Below, piece after piece: positions 1-12,700 of a stretch of 64,000 bases of DNA. The DNA lies in assembly GCA_001643675.2 (NCBI GenBank), contig LSRY02000023.1, positions 806,001 to 870,000 on the forward strand. The letters are read 5' to 3'. This DNA is from Monocercomonoides exilis PA203 (taxonomy: Eukaryota; Protista; Preaxostyla). Position 1 is the stretch's first letter, and the number at the start of each line of letters is the position of its first letter. The notes below the pieces were generated by a model. That model did no database searches. It saw only the letters and a program-made list of their open reading frames with translations, and had not been told where the DNA came from. The position numbers and the translations under genes were made by a program.

Positions 1-2
1 TG

Positions 3-1264
3 GGATCTGTCATTTTTGACTCTGTTGAGATCAGTGGAATATCGTTTTCATCAGTTCCTGCATTCGAGATCAGAGGAGAGCACTCATTATCTTTCCAGAT
101 GAAGGGCTGCGAGGTTAATGGGATTTCTCGGATGAGTGGAGATGGGAGTGCGATTTGTGGGAATCTGGTGAATGGGATGAATGTGAATATTTCAGGGGGA
201 ATGATGAGGAACTGCGAGTGTGAGGATGGGTGTGGAGGAGGGATGTGGATTCAGCTCAATGAAGGCTCACGGATGGAGATTGGGAATGTCTCAAGTGAAA
301 GTGGTGATGAGAATGTTGATAATGTGACATTCAGCAATTGCAGCTGTGTGGGGAAGGGAAATGGAGTTGGGGGGTTTGGTGGAGCAATTTATCTGGATGT
401 GTGTGATTGGAATTGTGCCTTTTGCATTCATTATGCTTCATTTGAGAATTGCCAAGCAGAGAAAGGGAACAACATATTTGTGAATGCACAGTGCTTGAGA
501 GATGTTGTGAGCAAGGCCACATTTGGCTTTGAGTGTGAGGGCATGACAGACAGCGACTTATTGGGATTTGAGGATGGGTGCCGGGAGGAGTATGCACCAC
601 TTCTTCCATTTTTGATGGAGGCTGGGGATGTTGGATTTGTGGGAGGAGAGAAAAGCTTGGACTTCAGCAGATGTGGAATGGAGCAGTATCCGTGCTCATC
701 GATCAACAAAGTGGTTGAGGTGTGGAATGGGGATGAAACAAGAACAATCAGAATCAAAAATGGATTTGTGCTCCGTGAAGAGATTGTGATGGAAAGACAT
801 TTTTGGAATGTGACAGGCATTCTTGGAGACACTGCCGTTGATGTTGTTGTGCCTTCTCCTCTGTTTGACTCAGATTGTTTGATTTGTATTTCATCCGGAG
901 CATTGCTGAAAGATATGTGCTTTTCTCTTCCATCATCCCTTTCTCTAGCCTCATCATTCGTCCTTTCCTCTTCAAATGTTTTGAGTGTCAGTGATTGCTC
1001 AGTTGAGCCTTCCGCTGGTAACCTGCTGAATGAAATTGAATACTGTATTTTTCATATTGATGGAGGAGAGCTGTTCATGGCAGGCTTTTCGAACAAAGGT
1101 CCAATAAATACCTTGTCAAATCCAATTATAAAATGCACTGGAGATGGCATTGCTGAACTTTTGAATTGTGTTCTAACTGGAATAACGAGGAGAACTGGAG
1201 GGGGAAGCTGTTTGGAAAGAATATGTGAGGAAAGTGAAAGTGAAAGTGAGAATGGAGATGCTTC

Positions 1265-1299
<35 letters not shown>

Positions 1300-4200
1300 C
1301 TGATTGCACATTCAGTGAATGTTGTATTGAAGAGAAAGATGGATGTGGTGGAGGAATGAAGATTTCAATTGGAAAAGATGAAGAGGTTGTGATAAATGGG
1401 TCAACCACATTTGATGGTTGCAAAACAGAGAACGAAGCAGACTCAAATGGAAGAGGAGGAGGGATGATGATATCAGTTGGAAATGAAGGTGGAATAAAGA
1501 TGAAGGAAGTAAAGTTTGATAGATGTGAAGTGTCATCAGGCAAGAGTGATGAGGTGGGGAGAGGATTGGGAGGAGGGATATTTGTTGAACTTCCAAATCA
1601 ATTGGGAACATTCATTTTGGAAGGAATGACATTTGAGGGGTGCAATGCCTGGAAAGGGAAGAATGTGTTTGTTTCAGGATGGGATCTGAGTGAGATTGTG
1701 AACAAGGATCATTTCAAATGGGAGATGAGTTCAGAGGATTTGAGATCATTGGATGAGTTGTGTGGATGGGAGAGAAAGACAACAGGAGAGGGATATGTGA
1801 TTCCACTGGTTGTGTATTTGTGGTCAAATTGGAGTGGGAATGGGTATGTTTCTGAGAGAAAGGGAGGAGACTTCAGTGGGTGTGGGTATTCAGAAGCACC
1901 ATGCTTATCAATCAATCACTTGATATCGCTGAGATATGGAACACTTGGAGGAAGTGAATCACATGTGATAATTGTTGATTTTGTGATTCTTCAAAATTCA
2001 TTGCGTTTGATTCAGACAGATTCAGACACACCAAAAATATCAATAGAAGGAGAAGAAAATGGAACAGTGCTGAGGGTTGAAGAAGAGAATGAAGGAGAAG
2101 TGGAAGAAGCAATGGTTGCCTCAGAAGTGATTCTCTCATTTGTGAATGCTTCATTTGTTCTGCCAAATGTGCTTGTTCATCATCTGGCATTTCTCAAATC
2201 GTCGTCAGGAGATGGGGCACTTTCTGTGAGAAGCTGCTCATTTGTGAGTGAGGATGCCTCAAAAGAAACGAATTTCTGTTTGGTGAGAGTGGATGGAGGG
2301 AGTGTGGCGATCGAAGACTGTTCTCTGAAAGAATTCCATTTGTTGCAAGGATTTATGGAATTGTCCTCAGATGTGAAAGTGGCAGATGTGATGAATCTGT
2401 CGACCAGTTACACGAGTGTTTCTGGAAGAAGTCTGATATCCATCAGTGAATCTGCTCTCTTATCAGAAAGATCATTGAAAGAAGCAACAATGTTGAAAAA
2501 CAAAGTGAATGGAGATGAAGATGGAATGCTGTCGATGAGTGTTAACAGCTCATCTTTCACAAACATCACATGCAGTGAAAACAGAGCCACAATTGTGAGT
2601 GCTGGTTCATTTGAATGTAGAATGAAATGCTTGGTGGAAGGGTGTGTGATGACGAAGTGTCTGAGTGAGTGGAGCGAAGAGGGAGGAGGGATGAAAGTGA
2701 GTTTGAAGAGCAGAGGGAGTGAGCTGAGAGTGAGTGGTTGCATGTTTGGGATGTGCTCGTGCTCAGTAGTGAAGGGGAGAGGAGGAGGGTTGATGATAGA
2801 TGCATCTGGTTTGGATGGAGCACAGACAGACACAGGAGATGCACCACCTTTAGGAATACTGATCGAGAGCACCAGATACACAATGAATGACGCGTATGTG
2901 GGGAAGGATGTGTTCATCCGATGCAACCGGATTGAAAAGGAGATCAATGAAAAATTGTTTTCATTGGACTTCAGCCAGGAGTCATTGAAGTCGAACAACT
3001 CGATTTGTGGAAGCGATGAAGAGAAAACAGATATTGATCTGATCCCGCTGATCACATTCTATTATGGACAGCAAGTGTTTGTGAATGCGAATGGGAGGGA
3101 TATCAGACAGTGTGGAGAGCAGACGAATCCGTGCAAAAGCATCAGCTGCAGTGTGGATCACATTCAAAGAGGAGTGGGGAATGTCATTTGGATTGACGAA
3201 GAAGGAGATATTGGAGGAGAATGTGTGATTGGAGATTTAAATGTGAAGTCAATGAAGAAGATGAAGGCGACAGTCCATTTCAATGCAACAATTCAAGAGA
3301 TAGGAAACGAAAGGAGTGTGATTGTGTTTGCGAATGAGTGTGTTGTGGAGCGGTGTGTGTTTGAGTTTGGGGAGTTGTATGAAGCAAATCACAGGTACAT
3401 AATGAAAGTGAAGAATGGAACAACAATGATGAGAGAATGCGAATGCTTGTCATCCACAACTGAATTGATCATAAGCAGCACAATAATGGCAGTTGAAGGA
3501 GGAGAACTGCAGATGGACAAGTGTGCATTCACGAGAATGAAATTATCGGCACCTTTGATAGAATTTTTTGGGGAATCTGAAGCAGTCATATCAGAAACAA
3601 GAATAGATAATTTGGAATCAGAGGGAAATGTGATTGAAGTTGGGGACAGAGCAAGAGTGCAGATGAAAATGTTGGATATTCAGAATGTCACTCTCTCAAA
3701 AAGTGGAAGCGTGGTGAAAATGAGGAATGCGGTGAAGAGTGTTGCTTTGTCGAATTGTTCATTTGGAAAGTGTTTGAGCTCAAAGGAGAAAGGATCGATT
3801 GTGTCCGTGGATAATTGTGTTGATGTGGATTTTGATTCCTGTAGCTTTCTTGGAGGTTTTGAAGAGGAAACAAGAGAAGAATGGGGGGAAAATGGCAGAA
3901 TGGAAGAGATGTGCAAATGGAATGGGTCAGTTGTGGATGTTCAATCCAGCAATGCTCTGATGAAAGACACAACAATCAGCAACTCGAAGAAAGGAGGGCT
4001 TTCATTGTCAGGTGGAAGTGTGGAGATATATGATGGGAGATTTGAGAACAACAACCCGTCGATGGTGAATTATGGATCGGCACGAAGAAACATTCTGTGT
4101 GGAGACTCAGGAAGATTGAGGGTTGTGAGCTTGAAGGGAGGGGATGGAGTGTTGCCGAATACATCGTTGTGGATATTGGATGAAGGATGCACACTGGAAG

Positions 4201-5912
4201 GGATTGCAGGAGAAAGAGAATCACCATTTTTCATCCCGAGGGTGGAGAGTGTGTCATCGGAAAAGTCAGGGGAGGTGGTGGATGTTGTGTTCAGAGGATC
4301 GGTTCTCCTTCCATGCAACCTCTCGTTCAAGACCGTTGCAGCAGTTGGGGATGAGGAGGTGGTTGAGAAATATTCGTTTGATGAAAGTGGTTTCATATCA
4401 GAAGAAGAGGTGCATGGGTCTGTTCCTGTCAAGACAGTTGAAGGGGTGGCAAGTGAAGCAGAAATGAGTGTGTGTATTCTGTTTGGGAGTGCTGATTCTC
4501 CATCAGCCACTGATTCTTTCATTCTGAAGAACAGGAGCGAATCCAAAACAAGTGGAGATGAAAGGATTGCTGAAGGAGGAAAGAAAGAAAGATCGATATG
4601 GCCAATAATTGTGATTGTGCTTGTTGTGATTTTGTTGATTGTTCTGATTGTTTCAATTATTGTTACAATAAGATGGAGAAAAGCTAAAAATGAGAACGAA
4701 GATCTGAGAGAGATTGTGAATGACAATATCAAAAAGGATCCAAAGCTGATTGAGATGATGACGATGGAGATGTCTCCTGAGGAACAGTGGCGAAGAGCTG
4801 AAAGAGAGGCAGAGAAGAAGAATGAAGAAAAGATTAAGAAGAGAATGTATGCGAAAAGCCTTGGACACTCGGAGTCATCTGAGCATCTTCTATCTGAGAG
4901 TGGATCAACAGAATATATTCTGGGGAGAGATTCAGACAAGATTCCTGAGTGGATGCTGGAGAAGGTGGATGAGAAGGAGGAGGAAGAAGAAACAAGAAAG
5001 AGATCGTCTTCACCTTCCATTTCATCCACTTGTTCAACTGATTCAGATTCCACTTTTGTTCGAGGGGAGGATCTATGTCCAACCACCTCATCGATGTCGA
5101 ATCTTGTGGATGCCATGGCTTGTTCCTCACCACATGAAAAGCTGATTGTTGACTTGAGGGATTCGCTGTTCATGTTGTTGCATGGAAGGAATGAGAAGAA
5201 AGAAATGGCGATTGGGAGTCTTCGGCAAAGAGAGCAGACAGCTGCTCAAATCCTGTTCTGGGTGGCGAATGGAGCTCTCCACTCATTTGACGAGATGGAA
5301 AATCCTCTTTCTTCTCTTGCCAACCTCAGTCCTCACATTGTGTTGTTCTCAGAACACATGGTGATTGCGATTGCCACGCACTCCGACTGCTCCTCTGATG
5401 ATTCTGATTCATCTTCGGTTTTTTCATCAACAGTGGTGACATCTGCCAGTGATGATGATGATGATGAAAGTGACTCTCTGCCCTCATCAGCCTTTGAGGA
5501 TGAGGAAGACAACCGATATGAGTGTTTGCGGTGGAAGGCGCCCGAGTTGTTGATGAACAGGAAAATGGGGGCAACGAAGGAGTCAGTGGCATTCTCGATT
5601 GGAATGATGCTGTGGGAGTGCCTGACGCTGCAGATCCCGTTTGGGGAGTATGAGGCAGAAATGGCGGGGAAGAAGATCAAAGATGGGGAGAGGCCGAAGA
5701 CGTTGGTGGGCTGTGAGTCGTCTCTTGGGGAGGTTGCGAGCAAAGGGATGGCGCAGAAGGCGGAGGAGAGGCCTGGGCTGGAAGATCTGAAAAGAGAGTT
5801 TTTCATGCGATTTCCAGAAGGGGCGATTGTGTTCACGATGTCAGATGCGGTTGATCTTGTGGGAGAATTGAGCAAGAAGTACAGCGCTGATGAGAAGAAA
5901 GGGGATGAGTGA
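3..5912 (+). CDS. Giant single-pass surface protein: Cys/GG-rich beta-helix-like ectodomain, TM helix, C-terminal TKL/TK-like pseudokinase; 5'-partial (frame open to the window edge)
   Basis: 1937-aa ORF whose frame is open from position 3. Repeated GGG(M/I)/GGAI and CxxC motifs, modules starting G.D...CG....PC.SI, TM segment IWPIIVIVLVVILLIVLIVSIIVTI, and kinase C-lobe motifs LRWKAPEL, FSIGMMLWECLTLQIPF and ERP. Confidence 0.85.
1266..1298 (+). repeat. (GTT)11 microsatellite encoding an in-frame poly-Val tract
   Basis: Direct reading of gtt x11 inside the CDS. Confidence 0.9.
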
Positions 5913-8900
5913 TGGGAAACAACACACCAGAGAGATTGTGTTTGAAGAAGATGAATGTGAAGAGGATTAAGAAAAGGGCGAGGGAAACATTGGGATAGCA
6001 CAAGCTTTTCAATCTGACTTGTTGGCTCCTTTCAAATATTTTTCTGGAGCTTGGGCCATGATGAGATGATGATGGCAATGAATGCAAAAAGAACATTTTT
6101 TTTAAAAAAACAAACTTTTCATTTCTTTTTATTCTTTTTTATTCTTTTTTATCAGTTATGGAAAGGAAATTAGGGTTTGTTATTCATTTTTTGTGGGGTT
6201 GTTCGAATAACATTTGACTCATTGACTCGCTTGTGCTCGTTGTTCTGTTTTTCTTTTTTATTCTTTTCCATTCCTTTTATGTTTTCCTTTTGAAGTTTTA
6301 TAATTCTTTTTTAAAAAAGATCATTGGCATTTTCTGTTGAAGCAACAATTCATAAATATGTGTGTTTTTTCAGCATTTCACAAATCCATTCCCAAAAAAT
6401 AAATGAGAAAAATACGAGAGAGAAAGGATGCAGCTGTGATTGACAAACTCACTGCCTTTTCTGGCAAAGTTGCTGATTAATCCTCCCACATGGAAATATG
6501 GTTCATGAATGGTGGAAGCATGAAAAAAATGCAACAGGAGTGATGGAGCAACAGCACAAGGAAGATAAAAAAGAAAATGAAGGAAATCACAACTCCCTTG
6601 AGTAATCAATGCAAAACACATGGATGAGATATGTAACTGACTTTTTTTCCCTGACTTTCCACAAACACTCTCACTGGAAGCAAAGGACATCTTTGAAAGT
6701 CTTCAAACATACTTTAGGTTTTTTTCCAAAGCATTTATTTTCTTGTTTGTGCAGCAGGAAGAGGGATGTTATGTGAGCACCTTGGGATCCAATTTGAACA
6801 GATTTCCAATTGGATATAATTATCAATTTATTCCAACAAAATGTTTTGTTTATCTGTGAATTATCAAACAAATAAAATTGGATGTCAAGGTGCTCACATA
6901 ACTTCTCTCTTTCTGCTGCACAAACCAGGAAATAAATGCTTTGATAAAAAATCAAAAGTCTGTTTGAAGGCTTTCAAAGATGTCCTTTGCTCCCAGCGAG
7001 AGTGTTTGTGGAAAGTCAGGGAAAAAAAGTCAGTTACATATCTCATCCATGTGTTTTGCATTGATTACTCAAGGGAGTTGTGATTTCCTTCATTTTCTTT
7101 TTTATCTTCCTTGTGCTGTTGCTCCATCACTCCTGTTGCATTTTTTTCATGCTTCCACCATTCATGAACCATATTTCCATGTGGGAGGATTAATCAGCAA
7201 CTTTGCCAGAAAAGGCAGTGAGTTTGTCAATCACAGCTGCATCCTTTCTCTCTCGTATTTTTCTCATTTATTTTTTGGGAATGGATTTGTGAAATGCTGA
7301 AAAAACACACATATTTATGAATTGTTGCTTCAACAGAAAATGCCAATGATCTTTTTTAAAAAAGAATTATAAAACTTCAAAAGGAAAACATAAAAGGAAT
7401 GGAAAAGAATAAAAAAGAAAAACAGAACAACGAGCACAAGCGAGTCAATGAGTCAAATGTTATTCGAACAACCCCACAAAAAATGAATAACAAACCCTAA
7501 TTTCCTTTCCATAACTGATAAAAAAGAATAAAAAAGAATAAAAAGAAATGAAAAGTTTGTTTTTTTAAAAAAAATGTTCTTTTTGCATTCATTGCCATCA
7601 TCATCTCATCATGGCCCAAGCTCCAGAAAAATATTTGAAAGGAGCCAACAAGTCAGATTGAAAAGCTTGTGCTATCCCAATGTTTCCCTCGCCCTTTTCT
7701 TAATCCTCTTCACATTCATCTTCTTCAAACACAATCTCTCTGGTGTGTTGTTTCCCATCACTCATCCCCTTTCTTCTCATCAGCGCTGTACTTCTTGCTC
7801 AATTCTCCCACAAGATCAACCGCATCTGACATCGTGAACACAATCGCCCCTTCTGGAAATCGCATGAAAAACTCTCTTTTCAGATCTTCCAGCCCAGGCC
7901 TCTCCTCCGCCTTCTGCGCCATCCCTTTGCTCGCAACCTCCCCAAGAGACGACTCACAGCCCACCAACGTCTTCGGCCTCTCCCCATCTTTGATCTTCTT
8001 CCCCGCCATTTCTGCCTCATACTCCCCAAACGGGATCTGCAGCGTCAGGCACTCCCACAGCATCATTCCAATCGAGAATGCCACTGACTCCTTCGTTGCC
8101 CCCATTTTCCTGTTCATCAACAACTCGGGCGCCTTCCACCGCAAACACTCATATCGGTTGTCTTCCTCATCCTCAAAGGCTGATGAGGGCAGAGAGTCAC
8201 TTTCATCATCATCATCATCACTGGCAGATGTCACCACTGTTGATGAAAAAACCGAAGATGAATCAGAATCATCAGAGGAGCAGTCGGAGTGCGTGGCAAT
8301 CGCAATCACCATGTGTTCTGAGAACAACACAATGTGAGGACTGAGGTTGGCAAGAGAAGAAAGAGGATTTTCCATCTCGTCAAATGAGTGGAGAGCTCCA
8401 TTCGCCACCCAGAACAGGATTTGAGCAGCTGTCTGCTCTCTTTGCCGAAGACTCCCAATCGCCATTTCTTTCTTCTCATTCCTTCCATGCAACAACATGA
8501 ACAGCGAATCCCTCAAGTCAACAATCAGCTTTTCATGTGGTGAGGAACAAGCCATGGCATCCACAAGATTCGACATCGATGAGGTGGTTGGACATAGATC
8601 CTCCCCTCGAACAAAAGTGGAATCTGAATCAGTTGAACAAGTGGATGAAATGGAAGGTGAAGACGATCTCTTTCTTGTTTCTTCTTCCTCCTCCTTCTCA
8701 TCCACCTTCTCCAGCATCCACTCAGGAATCTTGTCTGAATCTCTCCCCAGAATATATTCTGTTGATCCACTCTCAGATAGAAGATGCTCAGATGACTCCG
8801 AGTGTCCAAGGCTTTTCGCATACATTCTCTTCTTAATCTTTTCTTCATTCTTCTTCTCTGCCTCTCTTTCAGCTCTTCGCCACTGTTCCTCAGGAGACAT

Positions 8901-9766
8901 CTCCATCGTCATCATCTCAATCAGCTTTGGATCCTTTTTGATATTGTCATTCACAATCTCTCTCAGATCTTCGTTCTCATTTTTAGCTTTTCTCCATCTT
9001 ATTGTAACAATAATTGAAACAATCAGAACAATCAACAAAATCACAACAAGCACAATCACAATTATTGGCCATATCGATCTTTCTTTCTTTCCTCCTTCAG
9101 CAATCCTTTCATCTCCACTTGTTTTGGATTCGCTCCTGTTCTTCAGAATGAAAGAATCAGTGGCTGATGGAGAATCAGCACTCCCAAACAGAATACACAC
9201 ACTCATTTCTGCTTCACTTGCCACCCCTTCAACTGTCTTGACAGGAACAGACCCATGCACCTCTTCTTCTGATATGAAACCACTTTCATCAAACGAATAT
9301 TTCTCAACCACCTCCTCATCCCCAACTGCTGCAACGGTCTTGAACGAGAGGTTGCATGGAAGGAGAACCGATCCTCTGAACACAACATCCACCACCTCCC
9401 CTGACTTTTCCGATGACACACTCTCCACCCTCGGGATGAAAAATGGTGATTCTCTTTCTCCTGCAATCCCTTCCAGTGTGCATCCTTCATCCAATATCCA
9501 CAACGATGTATTCGGCAACACTCCATCCCCTCCCTTCAAGCTCACAACCCTCAATCTTCCTGAGTCTCCACACAGAATGTTTCTTCGTGCCGATCCATAA
9601 TTCACCATCGACGGGTTGTTGTTCTCAAATCTCCCATCATATATCTCCACACTTCCACCTGACAATGAAAGCCCTCCTTTCTTCGAGTTGCTGATTGTTG
9701 TGTCTTTCATCAGAGCATTGCTGGATTGAACATCCACAACTGACCCATTCCATCTGCACATCTCTT
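3904..9766. repeat. Large palindrome, axis ~6835: apparently identical arms 3917-6672 / 6998-9753, diverged inner arms, ~79-bp loop
   Basis: Mirrored ORFs with identical translations and a constant coordinate sum of 13670 (5912+7758, 4070+9600, 5833+7837). Confidence 0.95.
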
Positions 9767-12700
9767 TGAATTCATTTCTGTTCTCGTTTTCATTTTCATC
9801 TTCAAATTCTCCATCAAACAGACACAGACTCATCGAAAAATCCTTTGAATCAAGCAATTTCATAACACTCCCTTTTTCAGATAATGAAACACAATTCGTG
9901 CAAGTGCAGTTTGAAAGAACAATTTGAGCAGAGGATGAAGAAACAGAGAGAATAGAAGCTCCTTCCGAATTCCTTGAACAGTTGTTGAATGAGGAGCTTC
10001 CAACAGAAACAGACCCTGAAGTCTTTTCGTTCATTGAAAAGACACAACCCTCAGATAGACTCACTCCATCTGCAGAAACTCCATTGAATACAACTTCTTT
10101 GCAGTCAGTAATATCAAACACATTTATCGTTGATTCCATATGTTCCAGTTTCACATTTGTCAATGATATCTCTTTGCCACTGAACAGAAATGAAGGCTTT
10201 TTGAACGAGAGGAATAACACTGAGCAGTTGTCAACATGAAGAATTCCATTTTCGATGTTCAGCAATGTTGAATTGAGAATAACAAATTGAATTCCTTTTG
10301 ACTCCCCAGCCGAAGAGAAATCAATAGATGAAAGAGACAACTGGCCACTTGCTTCATGGATGATTGAACTTCCAGAATATGAAAATGACTGGCCAAAATC
10401 GAATTTCAATTTTTCAATCCGAACAGTCTCTGAGGTTGTGATCAGATTTCCCTCATTGATATTAATTGTTGAGTTCAGATGGACCAGAGCAGCTGAGGAA
10501 GATTGCAATGAGCGGATGATCAAATCCATTGCTTCGCATTCCCCAACAATAACTGTCTCCTTCGAGATCAACAGCTGCGAATACGATGAAGGAATGATGT
10601 GTTGCACTCCAACATCCAGTGATTGGCAAGGCATGCTGAACTCTCCACATTGCTTGCTATTTTTGTGATTTTCAGAAACAGAAGATACAAAGATCGTCTC
10701 GCTCAGATATTTCACGACTCTCAGCAGAAGATCTTCTTCTCCTTCAAACGAGTCTGTTGTGCAACCCCACACCGCAAGATCTTTCACAAACGGCGCTCTG
10801 AAATCCAGCAAGAATTGTTCATCAACTATTTGCTTTTCGATTGAGTGACATCTCACATACACATCTCTTCCCTTCGATGCAGTGTTGTCTTTGAAGGTGA
10901 TATTTGAGAGAACAAACTTCAGAGGATGTTCAGTCACCGAGGCGCATTCAAGAAACAGCCACCCACCTCTTCCTGCAGTCGAGCAGAAACACCCAGAAAT
11001 CGTGCAAAATGAGCAATCAAACTTTCCTTCCTCATTCAACACATTAAACATCGCCCCTCCCTTTCCACACCTCGTTCCGCCACACTTCTTCATCGCTGTG
11101 TTTCGAATCTCTATTTTCAATGGCTCAACATCATTCTCATTTCGAATGATGGGAATATTATCTGTTGTGTTCTGGGCAACTTCTTCAAACACGCTCCACC
11201 CAATAACAACATCATGCTCAATTTCATTATTTTCTCTTCTTGAACTCTTTGATATGCTCAATCCGCTTGATCCATCCAGCTCAATATTCTTCATCGTCAG
11301 ATTTCTGATGTTCAATATCGTTGTTGACAACACAGAAATTACATCTTTTGAAAAGCTGAGTGATTGCATTGAAACAATGTCCAATTGAACTGTTCCTCCA
11401 TCTGCCTTGATCAGCCCGTAATTCATTGTTTCTTCTCTGCTTTCTTCATTTTTGGTGAATGAGCAGTCTTTCAGAGTCAACAGTCCTTCACTTGATCCAA
11501 CATGGATCAGAACATTCACTCCTCTTGAAAATGAAGATGGAATAACAAAGCGAATCAGTTCGAGATTTGTGATGCCTTGAGTCTTCATTGCTGCTTCCTC
11601 TGCTCCTTCAACTGAAGAGAGACATTCCAACGAGCACATGCTGCTCTCATCCGATTTCACTGATATTCCACTCACATCAACACTTTTTTGGAGAACTCCT
11701 TTTCCAATGATGTTAATATTCTTTTCATTTCTTCCTTGGATTTTGGACAGAGAATAATCGATTGATTGGCAAGGATAATCAGAAAGCCCACAGACACACA
11801 CATCGCAACCTTCCCCTCCAATAAATATCTCTGAGCCAAATGTTCTCCAGAAATACACCAATGGAATAGCATTTGTCGTGTCATCTCCATCAAAGCCTCT
11901 CATTGAATTCAATGAAATATCTGCCAGATTCTCAGAAACAAATGGAAGAGAGGCATTTGTGATGCTCTTTGTCAAGTTGAATGATTCAACAAAAAGATCA
12001 TTTCCATATATCGCAATATTTGGCTTATCAAAATCAAAAACAGGAGATGAGATCACTAATGTAGAATAGTCATCAATCAGCTTCAGAGCCATTCCTCCCC
12101 CAAACCCAATCTTCCCTTCTCCAGCTGGTGCTGTGCATCCTGTGAATGTGCATGAAATAATATTCAATTGAATGTTTCCTTTCAACTGAGCATTGACTGC
12201 GCCTCCTCTGCTTCCTTCAGCCAGCACAGAGCATTCATCAAATTCACATTCTTCAATATTTATTTGTGTATTTGTATCTTCATCATGGCTGTTGTCAATG
12301 CTCACGCAGCCTCCACTTCCATCAGTTCTTTCAATTTCTGTGAAACGGCAGTTCGTCATGTTAAGCCATTTGGTGCTCATTAACTCAGCCTTTGTTCCAC
12401 TTCCAGACAACGAGATCAATGGGCTTGTGCTCAAATCAATCGATAAAGCAGAGAATTTGTCGATTGTCAAAATTCCTGATTCAACAATCAAGAATACAAA
12501 TGTCAATTCTAATGATGGATTTTGAAGGGAAAGAGAACAATGAGACAAAGTCAGATGTGAAGAAGAAGAAACAAAAGTGGAGTGTGAAGAGAGAGAAGAA
12601 GGAAGAGAGAAGATGAGTTTTGACAAGACTGTTTCAACACTTGCTGTTATCATAGATGAATTGGATGTTGAATTTGCATCAGAGACTATCCAACCACTCT

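Noticed and set aside
4070-9600. Antisense ORFs of 367, 222 aa etc. (also 35042-36319)
   Set aside because: Shadows of the codon-biased sense genes, Ser/Phe-rich with no motifs.
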